From IMG/VR virus record IMGVR_UViG_3300028797_000124, positions 53,791 to 117,790 of that record: a DNA stretch of 64,000 bases. One strand, given 5' to 3'. The notes under the pieces are model-generated. The model saw only the letters and a list, made by a program, of their open reading frames with translations. It was not told the DNA's origin and searched no databases. This DNA comes from a virus. Lineage: Duplodnaviria > Caudoviricetes. The position numbers and the translations under genes are program-made. Shown piece after piece: positions 10,709 to 22,400 of the stretch. Each line of letters starts with the position of its first letter. Within the stretch, counting starts at the first letter, position 1.

Positions 10709-12631
10709 ATGGCAATAGACGATCTCAAGGAATCCTTAGGCATCGATGATGATGATTTTAAAGGATTCAAAGACGGGGTCTCAGCCTTAGACAAATCCAC
10801 CGAAAAATTCCGTAAAGGTATCAAAGGTGCGAAATCTGTTGTAAAGGCTGCCCAGGGAAACATATTTGAATTCCCAGTATTCGTATCATCAAGTGTTCCA
10901 CTTGATTACGCAACAGCAACAACCTCTCTTCTTGAGCAGGTATTTGCTTCATATCTGCAGATGGCAATATCTGCAAATCCTGTGATCACTGCAAAGAGTG
11001 CAAAGAACGGTACTCAGTTTGCACACCTTAAGAGCGATACCAACAAGTATCTTGAATGTGTTGATACAACATATCAAATGGACGCTTGCCACAATGTAAT
11101 CGAGCTTGAACCAGATGCTCTCGGATATCGTATTGAAGGAGATAAGTTCATTGAGTTCTCCCTTATCTCTGTAGATGACGGTGAAGCTCGTATGATCAAC
11201 GAAGCGTGCAATTATCAGCCTCTCTCCGAGTTTGATCATTTCTTCCAAGAAGCATCACAAAATAAAAAGAATCTGACACAGACAACCGTACAGAGGACTA
11301 CACCCGATGGACAAAGGATAACTCAAACTTTTGAGTATGACAACAAAGAAATGCAGCGTCTTCGTGAGAGAATTAAGAATCTTGATGATCAGATTGCAGA
11401 TTTCAAAAAGCAAATCGAAGATTATGAGAACGAAGATAAAGCTAAAGCTGCAGCATCCGGTGTTGGTAATGCTGATAATTACAAATACCGAGAAGCGAAA
11501 GCGAAACTTGACTCTCTTGAAGCTGATAAAAAGAGGCTGCAACATCAGGCATCGGATACATTTTTGAAGCGTGAGGATGATATTCGTGACGCTCAGAAGA
11601 GAATATATGAACTCGACAAGGAGCTTAAAGAAGCTACTAATGAAGATGAGAAGAAGAAAATTCATGCTGAACGCAAGTTGGCTGAGAAGAAGCTGAAAGA
11701 TTATAAGGAAGATCATAAGAATCAGCAAGACAAGATTAAAGCTGAAACAGATAAGTTGAATGCTGAGATCAAGAACATGGCTGACAAATATAATCTTGAT
11801 CTTAAGAAGGATGAGCGTGAAGCTGAAAAGTATGAGTATGAAAAATCCAATCGTAGAGCTGAAGAACGTGACATGGCAAACCGCGGACGTGTTCGTGCTC
11901 CTCAGTTCATGGATGAAACCAAGATTCAGAAGCTCAATACTATGAAGCCTCTGATGATGACCGTGGACCTCAATGTCGAAGGCAAGGATGGTCGTATCGT
12001 TCAGGGTGTTGAATATGTGGTCGGCGTTAAGTGTCACAACCGTCTTGTCGATTCTTCAGTACTTCCCGAGGTTGTTGAATACCCGCTGAAGGAGATGAAC
12101 AAGATTACCCGCAAGGCTAAGTGGCGTGCAGGTGAGCTCAAGTTCTTCAAAGATATTCTCTTCAAGATTCCTCAGAAAAAGCAGACCGCTATCGACTCAC
12201 GCGATCCTAAGCGTAAGTGGTATCGTCGTTTATATGAGTTGGCTCATATAAAGGGTGATGCTCCCGCTAAGGCAATCATCAATGGTGATTCCGTTGTTAA
12301 AGCTTTCTTCAAGGATAAGCTTGGTAAATACGGTGACACTAACGGTGTAATTCCAAACGTTGCACTGGTTATCAGCAAGGCTGACGTTGATATCATCAAG
12401 CGTGAAACTAAGATCGATATGCTCAAAGGATCTTCTGCGGCTAAGTTCTGTAAGGAACTCTTCATGATCGGTATTGTTGTAATCGACAATGATGCCGAAA
12501 GTATTAAGGTTCTTCTCCCTGATCTTCATAACGATTACGAGGTTCATTCACTCGGTTCTGTAAACAAGCAGCTTTCTCTCCTTGATACTTCCGGTACCAA
12601 GACAAGAGACATGTTCAAATTACTTGGTTGA
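10709..12631 (+). CDS. Virion structural protein with long coiled-coil insert
   Basis: 640 aa; FFQE-A site followed by a ~200-aa K/E coiled coil; morphogenesis context. Confidence 0.5.
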   Translation: MAIDDLKESLGIDDDDFKGFKDGVSALDKSTEKFRKGIKGAKSVVKAAQGNIFEFPVFVSSSVPLDYATATTSLLEQVFASYLQMAISANPVITAKSAKNGTQFAHLKSDTNKYLECVDTTYQMDACHNVIELEPDALGYRIEGDKFIEFSLISVDDGEARMINEACNYQPLSEFDHFFQEASQNKKNLTQTTVQRTTPDGQRITQTFEYDNKEMQRLRERIKNLDDQIADFKKQIEDYENEDKAKAAASGVGNADNYKYREAKAKLDSLEADKKRLQHQASDTFLKREDDIRDAQKRIYELDKELKEATNEDEKKKIHAERKLAEKKLKDYKEDHKNQQDKIKAETDKLNAEIKNMADKYNLDLKKDEREAEKYEYEKSNRRAEERDMANRGRVRAPQFMDETKIQKLNTMKPLMMTVDLNVEGKDGRIVQGVEYVVGVKCHNRLVDSSVLPEVVEYPLKEMNKITRKAKWRAGELKFFKDILFKIPQKKQTAIDSRDPKRKWYRRLYELAHIKGDAPAKAIINGDSVVKAFFKDKLGKYGDTNGVIPNVALVISKADVDIIKRETKIDMLKGSSAAKFCKELFMIGIVVIDNDAESIKVLLPDLHNDYEVHSLGSVNKQLSLLDTSGTKTRDMFKLLG

Positions 12632-12646
12632 TGGGAGGAATGAACA

Positions 12647-13681
12647 ATGAGTATTTTCAATAAGAAAACGGTTGAAAAAGAAACCGCGATCATGGATCAT
12701 ATGAACCATGCGCTCGCTGAGATTTATAAGAACAAATCTGCTGATGAGTATAAGATGCGTGGTGACATATCACTTTCATCGGAGTATGCAACAATCGAAA
12801 GAATGGTATCTGACCTCAAGATTCTCAAAGGCTTTTCTTCTTCTGAAGCTGATGATATCAAGATGCTGTTTCTGACACTTCACAGACCTGTTTTCAAGAA
12901 GATGGTCTCAGAGTATCTCGCTTCTCCAAACGAAAGAAATCAGACCTTCACAACGGTATTTACCGTAGGCTACAGACTCCTTGTGGGTGAACTTTCCAGA
13001 ATCTTCGCTTCAACAGAGGCAACTGATAAGGGAATCGCTTATAAGCCTGATAAGATTTCTCGTAAGGAAAACGCTAAGTGGCTTATCAAACATTTCAACA
13101 AGTCTCTTGAGCAGAGAATAGATACTTATATCCGTTCACATGCTAACAAGCAGAAACCTGTTCAGGAAGCTCTCGTTGAGATCTCGGATGGATTCGGTAC
13201 AGTTGCAGGAATCGTTGCAACAGTATTTGATGTTATCAATCTCATCTTTACTGGTGCAAAGGAACTCAATCCTGTTTCATTCATCAGTGCTATGCTGACA
13301 CGTTCTTATGATAACAAGGTCAAGAAGTTCGAAGAAGTATCAGCAATGTATAATGCTACTAAGGAAGCATATGATGAGTACATGAAGATTCCTAAGGCTG
13401 ATCGTAAGGAAAAGATCGAAAGCAAGTACGTAAAGAATATTGACAAGTACAATATCAAGATGCAGAATCTTGCAGCTCAGATCGAACACTACGACTCAAG
13501 AGCTAAGGAGGAAGTAAAGGATATCAAGTCTTCTCCAAAGCCCAAGGCAACATCTGCTCCCAAGGGTGATACAACAACACCCGCAAAACCAACAGGTGAT
13601 GAAACTGAAGAGACTGATACAAAGGATACTCCAAATGATGACAACGGTGGCGGAGACGACACCGGCGGATTCGATTTCTAA
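12647..13681 (+). CDS. Virion structural protein
   Basis: GGAGG RBS; PVQE-A site; acidic low-complexity C-terminus. Confidence 0.5.
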   Translation: MSIFNKKTVEKETAIMDHMNHALAEIYKNKSADEYKMRGDISLSSEYATIERMVSDLKILKGFSSSEADDIKMLFLTLHRPVFKKMVSEYLASPNERNQTFTTVFTVGYRLLVGELSRIFASTEATDKGIAYKPDKISRKENAKWLIKHFNKSLEQRIDTYIRSHANKQKPVQEALVEISDGFGTVAGIVATVFDVINLIFTGAKELNPVSFISAMLTRSYDNKVKKFEEVSAMYNATKEAYDEYMKIPKADRKEKIESKYVKNIDKYNIKMQNLAAQIEHYDSRAKEEVKDIKSSPKPKATSAPKGDTTTPAKPTGDETEETDTKDTPNDDNGGGDDTGGFDF

Positions 13682-13690
13682 AAGATTAAG

Positions 13691-13708
13691 GGCGGGGGAA
13701 ACCCCGCC
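13691..13708 (+). terminator. Intrinsic terminator hairpin
   Basis: GGCGGGG-gaaa-CCCCGCC followed by an AT/T-rich tail right after the operon end. Confidence 0.75.
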
Positions 13709-13759
13709 TATAATTCTTTATATCCGTTATACATATTATTGATTAGGGAGGTTGATAAT

Positions 13760-14149
13760 ATGAAGATTGAGAATATCATCGATGTTATCACGTATTCCGT
13801 TCTATATTATTACTCTTTAATCAAGAGATTTGACATAACTGATACTCTAATATCAGGAGTGAAAACATCTATCCTGCGGATGTGGAATGAATATATGTCT
13901 GATATTGAGGATGAAGAGTATATTGATTTAATAGGCGTAATGTATGGTGAGCATACTAAAATACTTAACACTAATGACTCTAATTTGTATAAGAATATAA
14001 CACATGTAATAATCTCGTATTTTGATAAAGCTGATGTGATTGATACTGAGATGGAAGTACTGGAAATATACACGTACAACTATCTACCGGGAATGGTATT
14101 AACACACGCACAGATATCGAAGATTATTGAGTTCTATTTAAATCAATAA
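13760..14149 (+). CDS. Hypothetical protein
   Basis: GGAGG RBS before ATG 13760; AT-rich; preceded by a promoter-like motif at 13728-13744. Confidence 0.6.
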   Translation: MKIENIIDVITYSVLYYYSLIKRFDITDTLISGVKTSILRMWNEYMSDIEDEEYIDLIGVMYGEHTKILNTNDSNLYKNITHVIISYFDKADVIDTEMEVLEIYTYNYLPGMVLTHAQISKIIEFYLNQ

Positions 14150-14184
14150 ACAAGTAAACGGTATATAGAAAGGAATGATGATTA

Positions 14185-14376
14185 GTGTATTCCATAAAAA
14201 TCTATGATGAAAAGGGAACGTTTATCGGTGAATTGCCAACTGCTTCTGCGAATGACATAATGAGATACATCAACAAAGGATTTGTGGTTAAAGATCTCAG
14301 CACCGGACAACCTATAACTATGGAAGACATAAATGCATCCGTTGGTGCTTCTGATGGATTTATTGACATAGGATAA
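14185..14376 (+). CDS. Small hypothetical protein
   Basis: GAAAGGA RBS, GTG start, 63 aa. Confidence 0.55.
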   Translation: MYSIKIYDEKGTFIGELPTASANDIMRYINKGFVVKDLSTGQPITMEDINASVGASDGFIDIG

Positions 14377-14448
14377 GTATATAATTATTCTGGTTATGAC
14401 GGATGAACGTCCGTTAATAATACAAAATTATCAAGGAGGAAAATAACT

Positions 14449-14883
14449 ATGGCAACAACAAAAGGATTCTCAATGGCTGCTTTCATTGAGTATGGTAACG
14501 GCAAGCTGAACAACGTGTCTGGTAAGGATATGGAGATTCAGACAGCATTCAAGACAGACCTCAAGAAGGCAATCGCTCACGCAGGCTATCCTTCAAAGGA
14601 CGAGATCGGCATCATCGATGAGATCAACGATTTCGATATGTCCAACACACTCGAGTGCGTACCTACAATCGTTTCTGACTTCATGGCTGATACAGGAAGA
14701 AAGTTCGATCTCCCCGCACCTGATAAGAAGACATGCCCTGCTACAATCTACACTCAGCACGTTCCGGAGGAGACAAAGGAAGGCGTTTCCAAGCTCGGCG
14801 GCGTTGAGAAGAAGTGGACTTCAACCATTGCAGCTCACGAGGTTGTTAAGGTTAAGAACCACACAAAGGCATTCAAGAAGTAA
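14449..14883 (+). CDS. Highly expressed, possibly HU/IHF-like DNA-binding protein
   Basis: AAGGAGG RBS, strong codon bias (AAG/ATC/TTC); C-terminal TIYTQHVPEETKEG...TSTIAAHEVVKVK resembles the HU beta-arm. Confidence 0.4.
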   Translation: MATTKGFSMAAFIEYGNGKLNNVSGKDMEIQTAFKTDLKKAIAHAGYPSKDEIGIIDEINDFDMSNTLECVPTIVSDFMADTGRKFDLPAPDKKTCPATIYTQHVPEETKEGVSKLGGVEKKWTSTIAAHEVVKVKNHTKAFKK

Positions 14884-14927
14884 TCTACACTAATTCGTGT
14901 CAAGATACTCACCTCAGATATGTATTG

Positions 14928-14946
14928 GCCGGGGGATAACCCCGGC
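14928..14946 (+). terminator. Intrinsic terminator hairpin
   Basis: GCCGGGG-gataa-CCCCGGC after the 14883 stop. Confidence 0.65.
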
Positions 14947-14977
14947 TGATATGTATCATTTTTGAAAGGAGACCATT

Positions 14978-16171
14978 ATGGAAAATGAAAAGTATCCGTA
15001 TCCCACAGGAAAAACCATAAGCTTATTTATGCCAGATGGCAAAGGTTTAGATGAGACGATTATGTCATTGTCAGACTCATTGTCTGGGATCGGAAAACAA
15101 CAGGAATCAATAATCAAAATGCTGCTCAACATGGATGGTACATTAATACGGCTTATAAATGAACCAACCGAAGAACAAATGATGATGGCTGTTAAACAAA
15201 ACGGAATGGCAATTCAGTACATACTTCCAATGAAACAGACCGATGAAATGAAGATGGCTGCAATCGAAAGCAATCCGTTCTGTTTCGAATTTGTATATGA
15301 ACCAACAATGCCGATGTGGTTAAAGGCTCTTCAGGCTGAAATGCCGGAGGATGAAGAACTTGCAAAGAAACATCCTGTGAAGGTTCTTAAACAGATTGAA
15401 ATGTTACCATATCAAAAGCAATTATTATACACAACATTTCTTGATCAATACCCATCCGATATTAGTGTAATAGCAGATGATATATGTGAGATGGATGAGG
15501 CTGATGCTGTTGAAATATTTCAGTTTCTTTTTAAGCGCCATGGTGATGTTGTTGATGCTGATGAATGTCCCAAAAACATTATTGGAAAAATCATAGATAA
15601 TGTGATGGAAGACAATCCACGATTCCTCAGATACTGCCCTGTTGAATATTGGACTATGGAAAGAATGGTTAAGCTTTTAGAATATCATGTTTGTTATCTG
15701 GACGATGTATGCCACGTTGTCAAAGGATGGAATGATATCGGCATATCAGCACTCATCAGATATACTCTTGATATATGTAAAAACGAATCTGATATGCGGT
15801 ATGTTACAATACTTGCACGTAACAAGATCCCATACTCAGTTGACAATATTGCAACTATTTTGGAAAGTAAAAATGCTATCAATATATTGGAAACATTGTT
15901 CGTACACTGGAACATTGATAGAGACGGTGTTGAGTATATCTTTGATAAATTCCCTATTGAAGAAATCTTTGATAATATCAGATACACGACTTTCCATGAT
16001 ATGACGTCTAAACTTCCACTGTTCAAGAGAATAAAGTATAGACGTATGGCGAATAAACACATCAAGGAAACTGATAAGAATGATCATTCGCGTTATGAAG
16101 AACTCACAAACAAACCCCAAATCAATGGTGTTGAATTAAACAGCAAGGATAGTGATACAGATGGACAATAA
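14978..16171 (+). CDS. Helical-repeat protein (DUF4116-like repeats)
   Basis: PTEEQMMMAVKQNGMAIQYI and QTDEMKMAAIESNPFCFEFV repeats. Confidence 0.55.
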   Translation: MENEKYPYPTGKTISLFMPDGKGLDETIMSLSDSLSGIGKQQESIIKMLLNMDGTLIRLINEPTEEQMMMAVKQNGMAIQYILPMKQTDEMKMAAIESNPFCFEFVYEPTMPMWLKALQAEMPEDEELAKKHPVKVLKQIEMLPYQKQLLYTTFLDQYPSDISVIADDICEMDEADAVEIFQFLFKRHGDVVDADECPKNIIGKIIDNVMEDNPRFLRYCPVEYWTMERMVKLLEYHVCYLDDVCHVVKGWNDIGISALIRYTLDICKNESDMRYVTILARNKIPYSVDNIATILESKNAINILETLFVHWNIDRDGVEYIFDKFPIEEIFDNIRYTTFHDMTSKLPLFKRIKYRRMANKHIKETDKNDHSRYEELTNKPQINGVELNSKDSDTDGQ

Positions 16172-16430
16172 TGAAATATTAAGAGAAATAGCCGATGAGT
16201 TACACAATCTCAATCTCAACGTAATGGAACTGACGAAGGTTCTTAAAGCGAAACAATCACCTCAGCCAATTCAAACAGATGATGAATATGAAGAGGCTAT
16301 ACGCATTCACGAAGAACAGCTTGCAAGACAATCTGCGGAGATTACTGCAAAACAAATCGAATCTGATGATAAATATCTGAAACAGCAAGCTGGTCTTGAT
16401 AGACAATTGAAACATCTCGGAATAATGTAA
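16161..16430 (+). CDS. Hypothetical coiled-coil protein
   Basis: AAGGA RBS before ATG 16161; overlaps the previous stop. Confidence 0.55.
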   Translation: MDNNEILREIADELHNLNLNVMELTKVLKAKQSPQPIQTDDEYEEAIRIHEEQLARQSAEITAKQIESDDKYLKQQAGLDRQLKHLGIM

Positions 16431-16439
16431 GAATAAGGC

Positions 16440-16455
16440 GGGGGCGTATGCCCCC
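16440..16455. terminator. Terminator hairpin between convergent genes
   Basis: GGGGGC-gtat-GCCCCC. Confidence 0.6.
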
Positions 16456-16471
16456 ACCCTTCTTAACTTTT

Positions 16472-19400
16472 TTATCCGACTGAAAGTTTTGTAACCTGTG
16501 ATGGTATTCTTTCATCGAATAGCTTTGATGATCCACTGGTATTAGTAGGACCACCGTTTCCACCTTTACGACGTTTGAGCTCTTCGAGTATCGCTTCAAG
16601 CAATGCTTCCATAGACTCGGAACGAACGTTGTAGGTGTTTGCGAGAATTGCCTTAAGACGAGCATCTGTTGCTCTATCTTCAGCACGAGTAACCGCGTAG
16701 TTATTAACAACCGTTGTACCGGTTTCGGTATCGTAATATGTGTCTGTATCATACAAGTCATTGTTGACTGGTGTTGTGATATTGGAATTAGCATACTTGT
16801 TATTCCATCCGAGATAGTTATCCCAGAAATCCATCTCATTCATATCACCAGACGCATACCAGTTGTGTAGTAAGTCAAGCTGTTTCTTGAGGGGATCGTT
16901 GACTCTGTCCTTGCTGTCGAGATAGCTGTACATCCAATAATGTTTGTCTGTTGGGCCGTATGTCTCACCATGATGTTTATGACTCGCATTACGATATGAA
17001 AGCTTGTAGCTATCTGCAGCAGTTTTCGCCTTACCCATAGCAGTACCGCCATTCTTATTTTTTCCAGCAATGGCGCTTGAATGATAATCTACGAGCATTG
17101 GATACCATTCATTTCGTTTATCTGAGTTAACATCCGAATCGGTCCAATGTCCGAAATCCCACATCTTTTCATCGACAGAAGATGACGATCCTCCAGAAGG
17201 AGATATTTTTCCTCCACCGGTTGAATTGTTTGCATATGTTTGTAAAGCCTTAACTGCTTCATCAGCTTTGGCAAGTTCATCCGGCGGAACGACTGCTTCA
17301 TCTGCGGTATACAAACCATCACGCCAGTCATTATCCAGAACGATCCATTCAGCATTGACATAACCCGTCTGACCACCATATGACGCCTTATACCAGCCCT
17401 GTTTACCAGAGACTGAAAGCTCTTCAAGATGTGTACCATCTGGAATCCATGTGAGTACTGAACTATCATCCGAGGTACTCGATCTCAATCCGAGAGGTAC
17501 TCCAGTATTTGTCATTACAGTACCGGAATTCTTACCATTGAGCGAGTTGATCTGACGAGCGTTTTCAACTATTGCGGCATCTCCAGGTGAATTAACCATA
17601 CCGTATCCAGTTGACGCAGAACCCTTACCAGTTGGAGTTGTGTTCTTAGCAGCGGCAACATCAGGAGACCAATCTTTGAATCTCTCATAGAATTGATCCG
17701 CATATGTCTGACGTTTCGCAAGAGCAGCATACTTGTTTGTTGATGAAAGACCCTCATAGATATTGAGAACCTTCTCTGCTGCAGCCGCAGGAGTGCCAGC
17801 ATTATTAGCGCCTGTAAGTGCAGAATTGTAGTAGTTATTATTTGTAACCTCATCTTCCCATAATGCGAGCTGTGCTTCAAGACTGTTAAATGGAACTCCC
17901 ATCTTAGTACCCTTATTGAATACCGATTTAGTTCTGTTACCAGTCCACTGTGCAAGGCCAACACCAGGGTAGAAGTTTCCGTCACCATCCGGTTCATATG
18001 TTGGTCTATTAAGGCTTCCCCAACCACCATAAACTTTGGCAACCATGTCTGTTACATAACTATTCATATTCGCTTGAGACTTATATGCATTCATAACAGC
18101 GGGACTATTGATACCACCCATCTTCCAGTCACCTTCAAGACGGCTCGGGTTGTTTGCAGATTCAACTTCCCAAACACCCATGAATCCAGCTGCACCAGTC
18201 TTATTTGCACCATGCGATGTAAGATAAGCCCAGATTTTTTCCTGATCATTGTCACCGACAAGACCATCATATGTTGGCTTAACGTATCTGAGAATTTTAT
18301 CAGGATGGTCAGATGGTTGCATTGTCCATCTCAAGCCGTCACCACTTGAAACACCTTCAAGAACCTTTGGTGCGGCTCCAGCAGAATCAAGTATAGGTTG
18401 AGTTCCACCACCGTCGAGACCTCTGTGTGAACCACTACTATCCTTGCCGATATACATACCAACGTGTGATTCAGGATAAGAATCAGATTTACCAGATGTA
18501 AATATCCAGTCACCAGGACGGAGATCGCTCTCACTGTAAGGAAGAACTTCCCAATCCTCTTCAGCAGAATTGCCGTTCTGATCAACGATAGTTTTAGTAC
18601 CGTAAGACGATAAATTCTCATTGAAGTTGTATGTGAGTGGTCCGGTTGTATCATTGTCACTGCCCTTGAAGTCATAACCCATATGTCTGATAGATGCTGA
18701 CATGAAACCTGAGCAGTCTGGTCTGAAGTGTGACCAAGTATAACCATCATCAGCTGTAATAGGTCCAACATCACTATGGAGATATGTGCCCGAAGGATGT
18801 GCATCAACATATGCTTTGAACGCATAAGCCGCACCTTTCATGACGTCAAGGCCACTCTGTCCTCCACGTGCACTACCACTACCCAATGAATCCAGAGCGC
18901 TGTCAAGCTCAGTATAAGCATCACCGAGTTTGTCAAACAAACCACCAGTGATGTTACCGTTTTCATCAACCTTACCAGCATAATCATCAACAAACTTTTG
19001 GTTTGTCTTAGCCAGTTCAGCATATGCATCTTGACCTTTCTTAGAAGCTGCATCAAGTAATTCTGTCTTGGCGAGATATTCAGCTTGATTTGCTTTAGTT
19101 TCCCACCATTTGTCGAATTTCTTTTGATAATCCTCATCAGATTCTCCATCTTTCTGAGGATATTTTGTTTTGAAATCTTCGAGAGCAAGACCCTTGGCTT
19201 CTTCAGCATAAGTGTCGTAATCATCACCCATCTGTTTCTTAGCCTGTTCAACTGCTTCTTTTTTCTTTTCAGCATTGATGAGTTCTTCCGTTTCTTCCTC
19301 GTCAGATTTCTCCATTGAGAACAATCCGAGAATCTTGGCAGCCTCATCCTTAAGCTTCTTGAATGCTTCTTTGATAGCATCCGGGAATGTGTATCCGCTC

Positions 19401-22400
19401 TCTGCATCTTCATCACCAGAACCGTAGATACCCATAACCGCTGAACCAGCAACTGTAGAAGCTGGACGTCTATCGATACGACCAGTCAAAGGATTGGATA
19501 CATAGGCTCCACCATGATGATCAGTACCAACAACATTCATGAAATGATTATTACCATTTCTTGTTCCATAATCGGAACCAGAACCAACAACCGTGATCGG
19601 ATTAGTTGGTGAAGCGGATTTCAGCGACTGCTGTGTCACCTTTCCTGCGTGGACATTCATGCCCAATCCGCGAGCAGTATCTATATAATCACCAACGGAA
19701 GTTCCGCGGTGTGGATCATATGCACCTGATTGATTCATCATTCCAGCCAATGAACGTGCCGAAATTCTTCCTTCAGAGTTGCGATTATACATATCAGCGA
19801 GAGCTATAGGACCACAACCACGCTGATTCATATTCAGGTATCCACCCATACCACGTTGATATTCACCACCGTATGTATTGTATACGTTTGTGACATCACC
19901 GTTAGCGAACGTAGATTCAACCTGATTTCCGTCAGGTGCTTCAATTTGTTTGGTTTCTTTTTGTTCTTCTTCGTTTCTTCCAAGAAGTTCATCTGTCATA
20001 CCCATTGAATACAATGAAGCATAATCGAGTACGAGATTAACCGCACCCTGTGCAACAGATTTACCACCTTGAACAACGAATTCCTTACCTTGTGACATCA
20101 TCTCCTTACCAGTATCAAGTACACCAGAACCAAGTTTCTTAGCTCCAGCACCTATAACAGGAATCTTTCCTATCAGGCTTAATACACCACCGATAGCGGA
20201 TATAATACCACCGATACCCATCATCAATACACCAAATCCGATTTGGAGTACACCCATGATGATTTGAACAGCATCACCGATGATCTTGAGTATAGGTAAG
20301 AGAACGAACTTGAACAAGCCCATGAGAGGTGCGAGGATAACCTTCAAGAGGATACCAACGATCTTCAAGAGAGGAGTCAAGCATCCAATAATGGATTCAA
20401 GTAATGGAGAGAGTACTTCAAGTATAGGCTGAATAACATCCTTCATGATAGGCTGAATGATGTCGCAAACAACTTCTACTATCTGTACAATGAAGCCAGC
20501 AAGCTGCTTAACTATAGAACCAAGCTGCTTTACATAAGGCTTGAGAGTTTTGATTATTGCATGGAATGCGTCATTGAGAGGCATCAGAGCTTCTGTCAAA
20601 ATATCTGTTACTGTCGAAATCATCGCTTTGAAACCTTCAAGCGACATTACAATGGTGAGTACGATATTCGAAATACCCATGAGGACATTCATCATGCCAC
20701 CCATTGCAGCACCAGCACCTTCGGCTGCTCCAGCTTCAGCTGCACCCGCAGCAGCTCCTTCGGCCGCAGCACCACCTGCTCCACCGGTTGCAGCAGTCAT
20801 AGCAATACCTGCAGCACCGCTTCCACCACCGGAACCACCCAATGTTTTATTTAGAACAGCATCCTTGGTAGCCTCAGTAGCATCACCAGCTACACCTTCA
20901 AGAGGATTATCACTACCGCCACTTGCATCCTGAATTTCCTTACTCTCTTCATCCATCTTATCTTGAATACCTTCACCCAAATCATTGAGTGATTGTGTCA
21001 AAGATTGAACGAAACCGGGAGCTGCATCAGGTGAACCAGACCATGATACAATCTCAGTGATATTCGCCAAGTTCTTAGCCATTTCTTCTTGGAATCCTGC
21101 AAGTTTATCTTCTTCAGCCTGCATACTTTCATTCATTGCATCCGTGGCAGCAGAATCCATTTGAACATCTGTTGAAATGACATCCGACGGCTTTTCCTCT
21201 TTCTTGCCAGTTACTGCGGTTTTGATATCAGAAACAACATCTTTGATTGTTTCCAAGAAACCTGTAGCCTTAGAATCATCGATAGCCTGACGAGCTGGCT
21301 CACCCTGTTTCTTTACGTCAGCAGCGTGTTCGGCTTCCTTACGTTCACGATATGCTTTGGTAAAGCCTTTCATAAAGCCAGGTTTTTCAGCGAGCTTGTT
21401 TGCAAAACCTTCTTTGGCACCAGATAATTTACTGAGAATACCTTTCTTTTTATTGCCGTTTTCATCGACTGAAAGATCTTTGGTAAGTTTATCCTTTATT
21501 CCGCGCTTTTCCATCCATCCACCAACTTTATCTTTGATGGATTTTCCTATATTGGAGAAAGCCTTTGTTACACCATCCTTTATGGTTGTGACAGCTTTGT
21601 ATAAACCATCAACCATCGGCTTGATGAATTTTGTCATGGACTTGAACATTGTCTTGATACCAAATCCAAGACTCTTCATACCATACTTGATCTGACGAAG
21701 ACCGCGCATGATACCCCATTTTGCGAACTTGAGGATAGCTCCACCGAAACCTTTGATGATTTTGAATACTGAGAATAGAACGACTTTTATGTATCCTATT
21801 ACAGGAGCGAGGAAAAGTTTGAGACCTCCGAGTGCCATCTTGAGCAATTTACCCATTGTGGATTTTGGAGCATCTCCAGATGAATTATCCTTTTCGCCTT
21901 TAGCATTACGCTTCATCATAGGAATGACAGTCTGGTTAATTCTTCTCTGAAGATCTCTGTCTGATAATTTTGAAGTTAATGTTTGGATGTTCTGAATATC
22001 CATTGTGGATACATTACCATCAGTCATTGCTGTATTTGCCGAGCTTACTATAAGCTGCATGTTCAATGAATCCGAGTCATTTTCTTCAAAATGATTATCA
22101 GCACCAAATTGGGAAAGAATGTCTTCCCATTCTTCATTGAGTCGTTTGTTTGATTTGATACCACCATGAATAGCATCAGAGAGATTGGCACCCTTACCTT
22201 TTAAGAAACTTCCAGCATTATAAATCGGCTTTCCTACAGCACGTAGTGCACCGCCGGTACGAATCGTTTCACCCTCTTCATTAATAGATTTCTTTCCGAG
22301 GACAGCGCCACCAACTTTCTCTTTGGTAGAGCCCAAAACATCGGCAGTTTTTTCTCCAATGCTTGTATTGAGGATTTTTTCCTTTGTACCTTTAAAGAAA

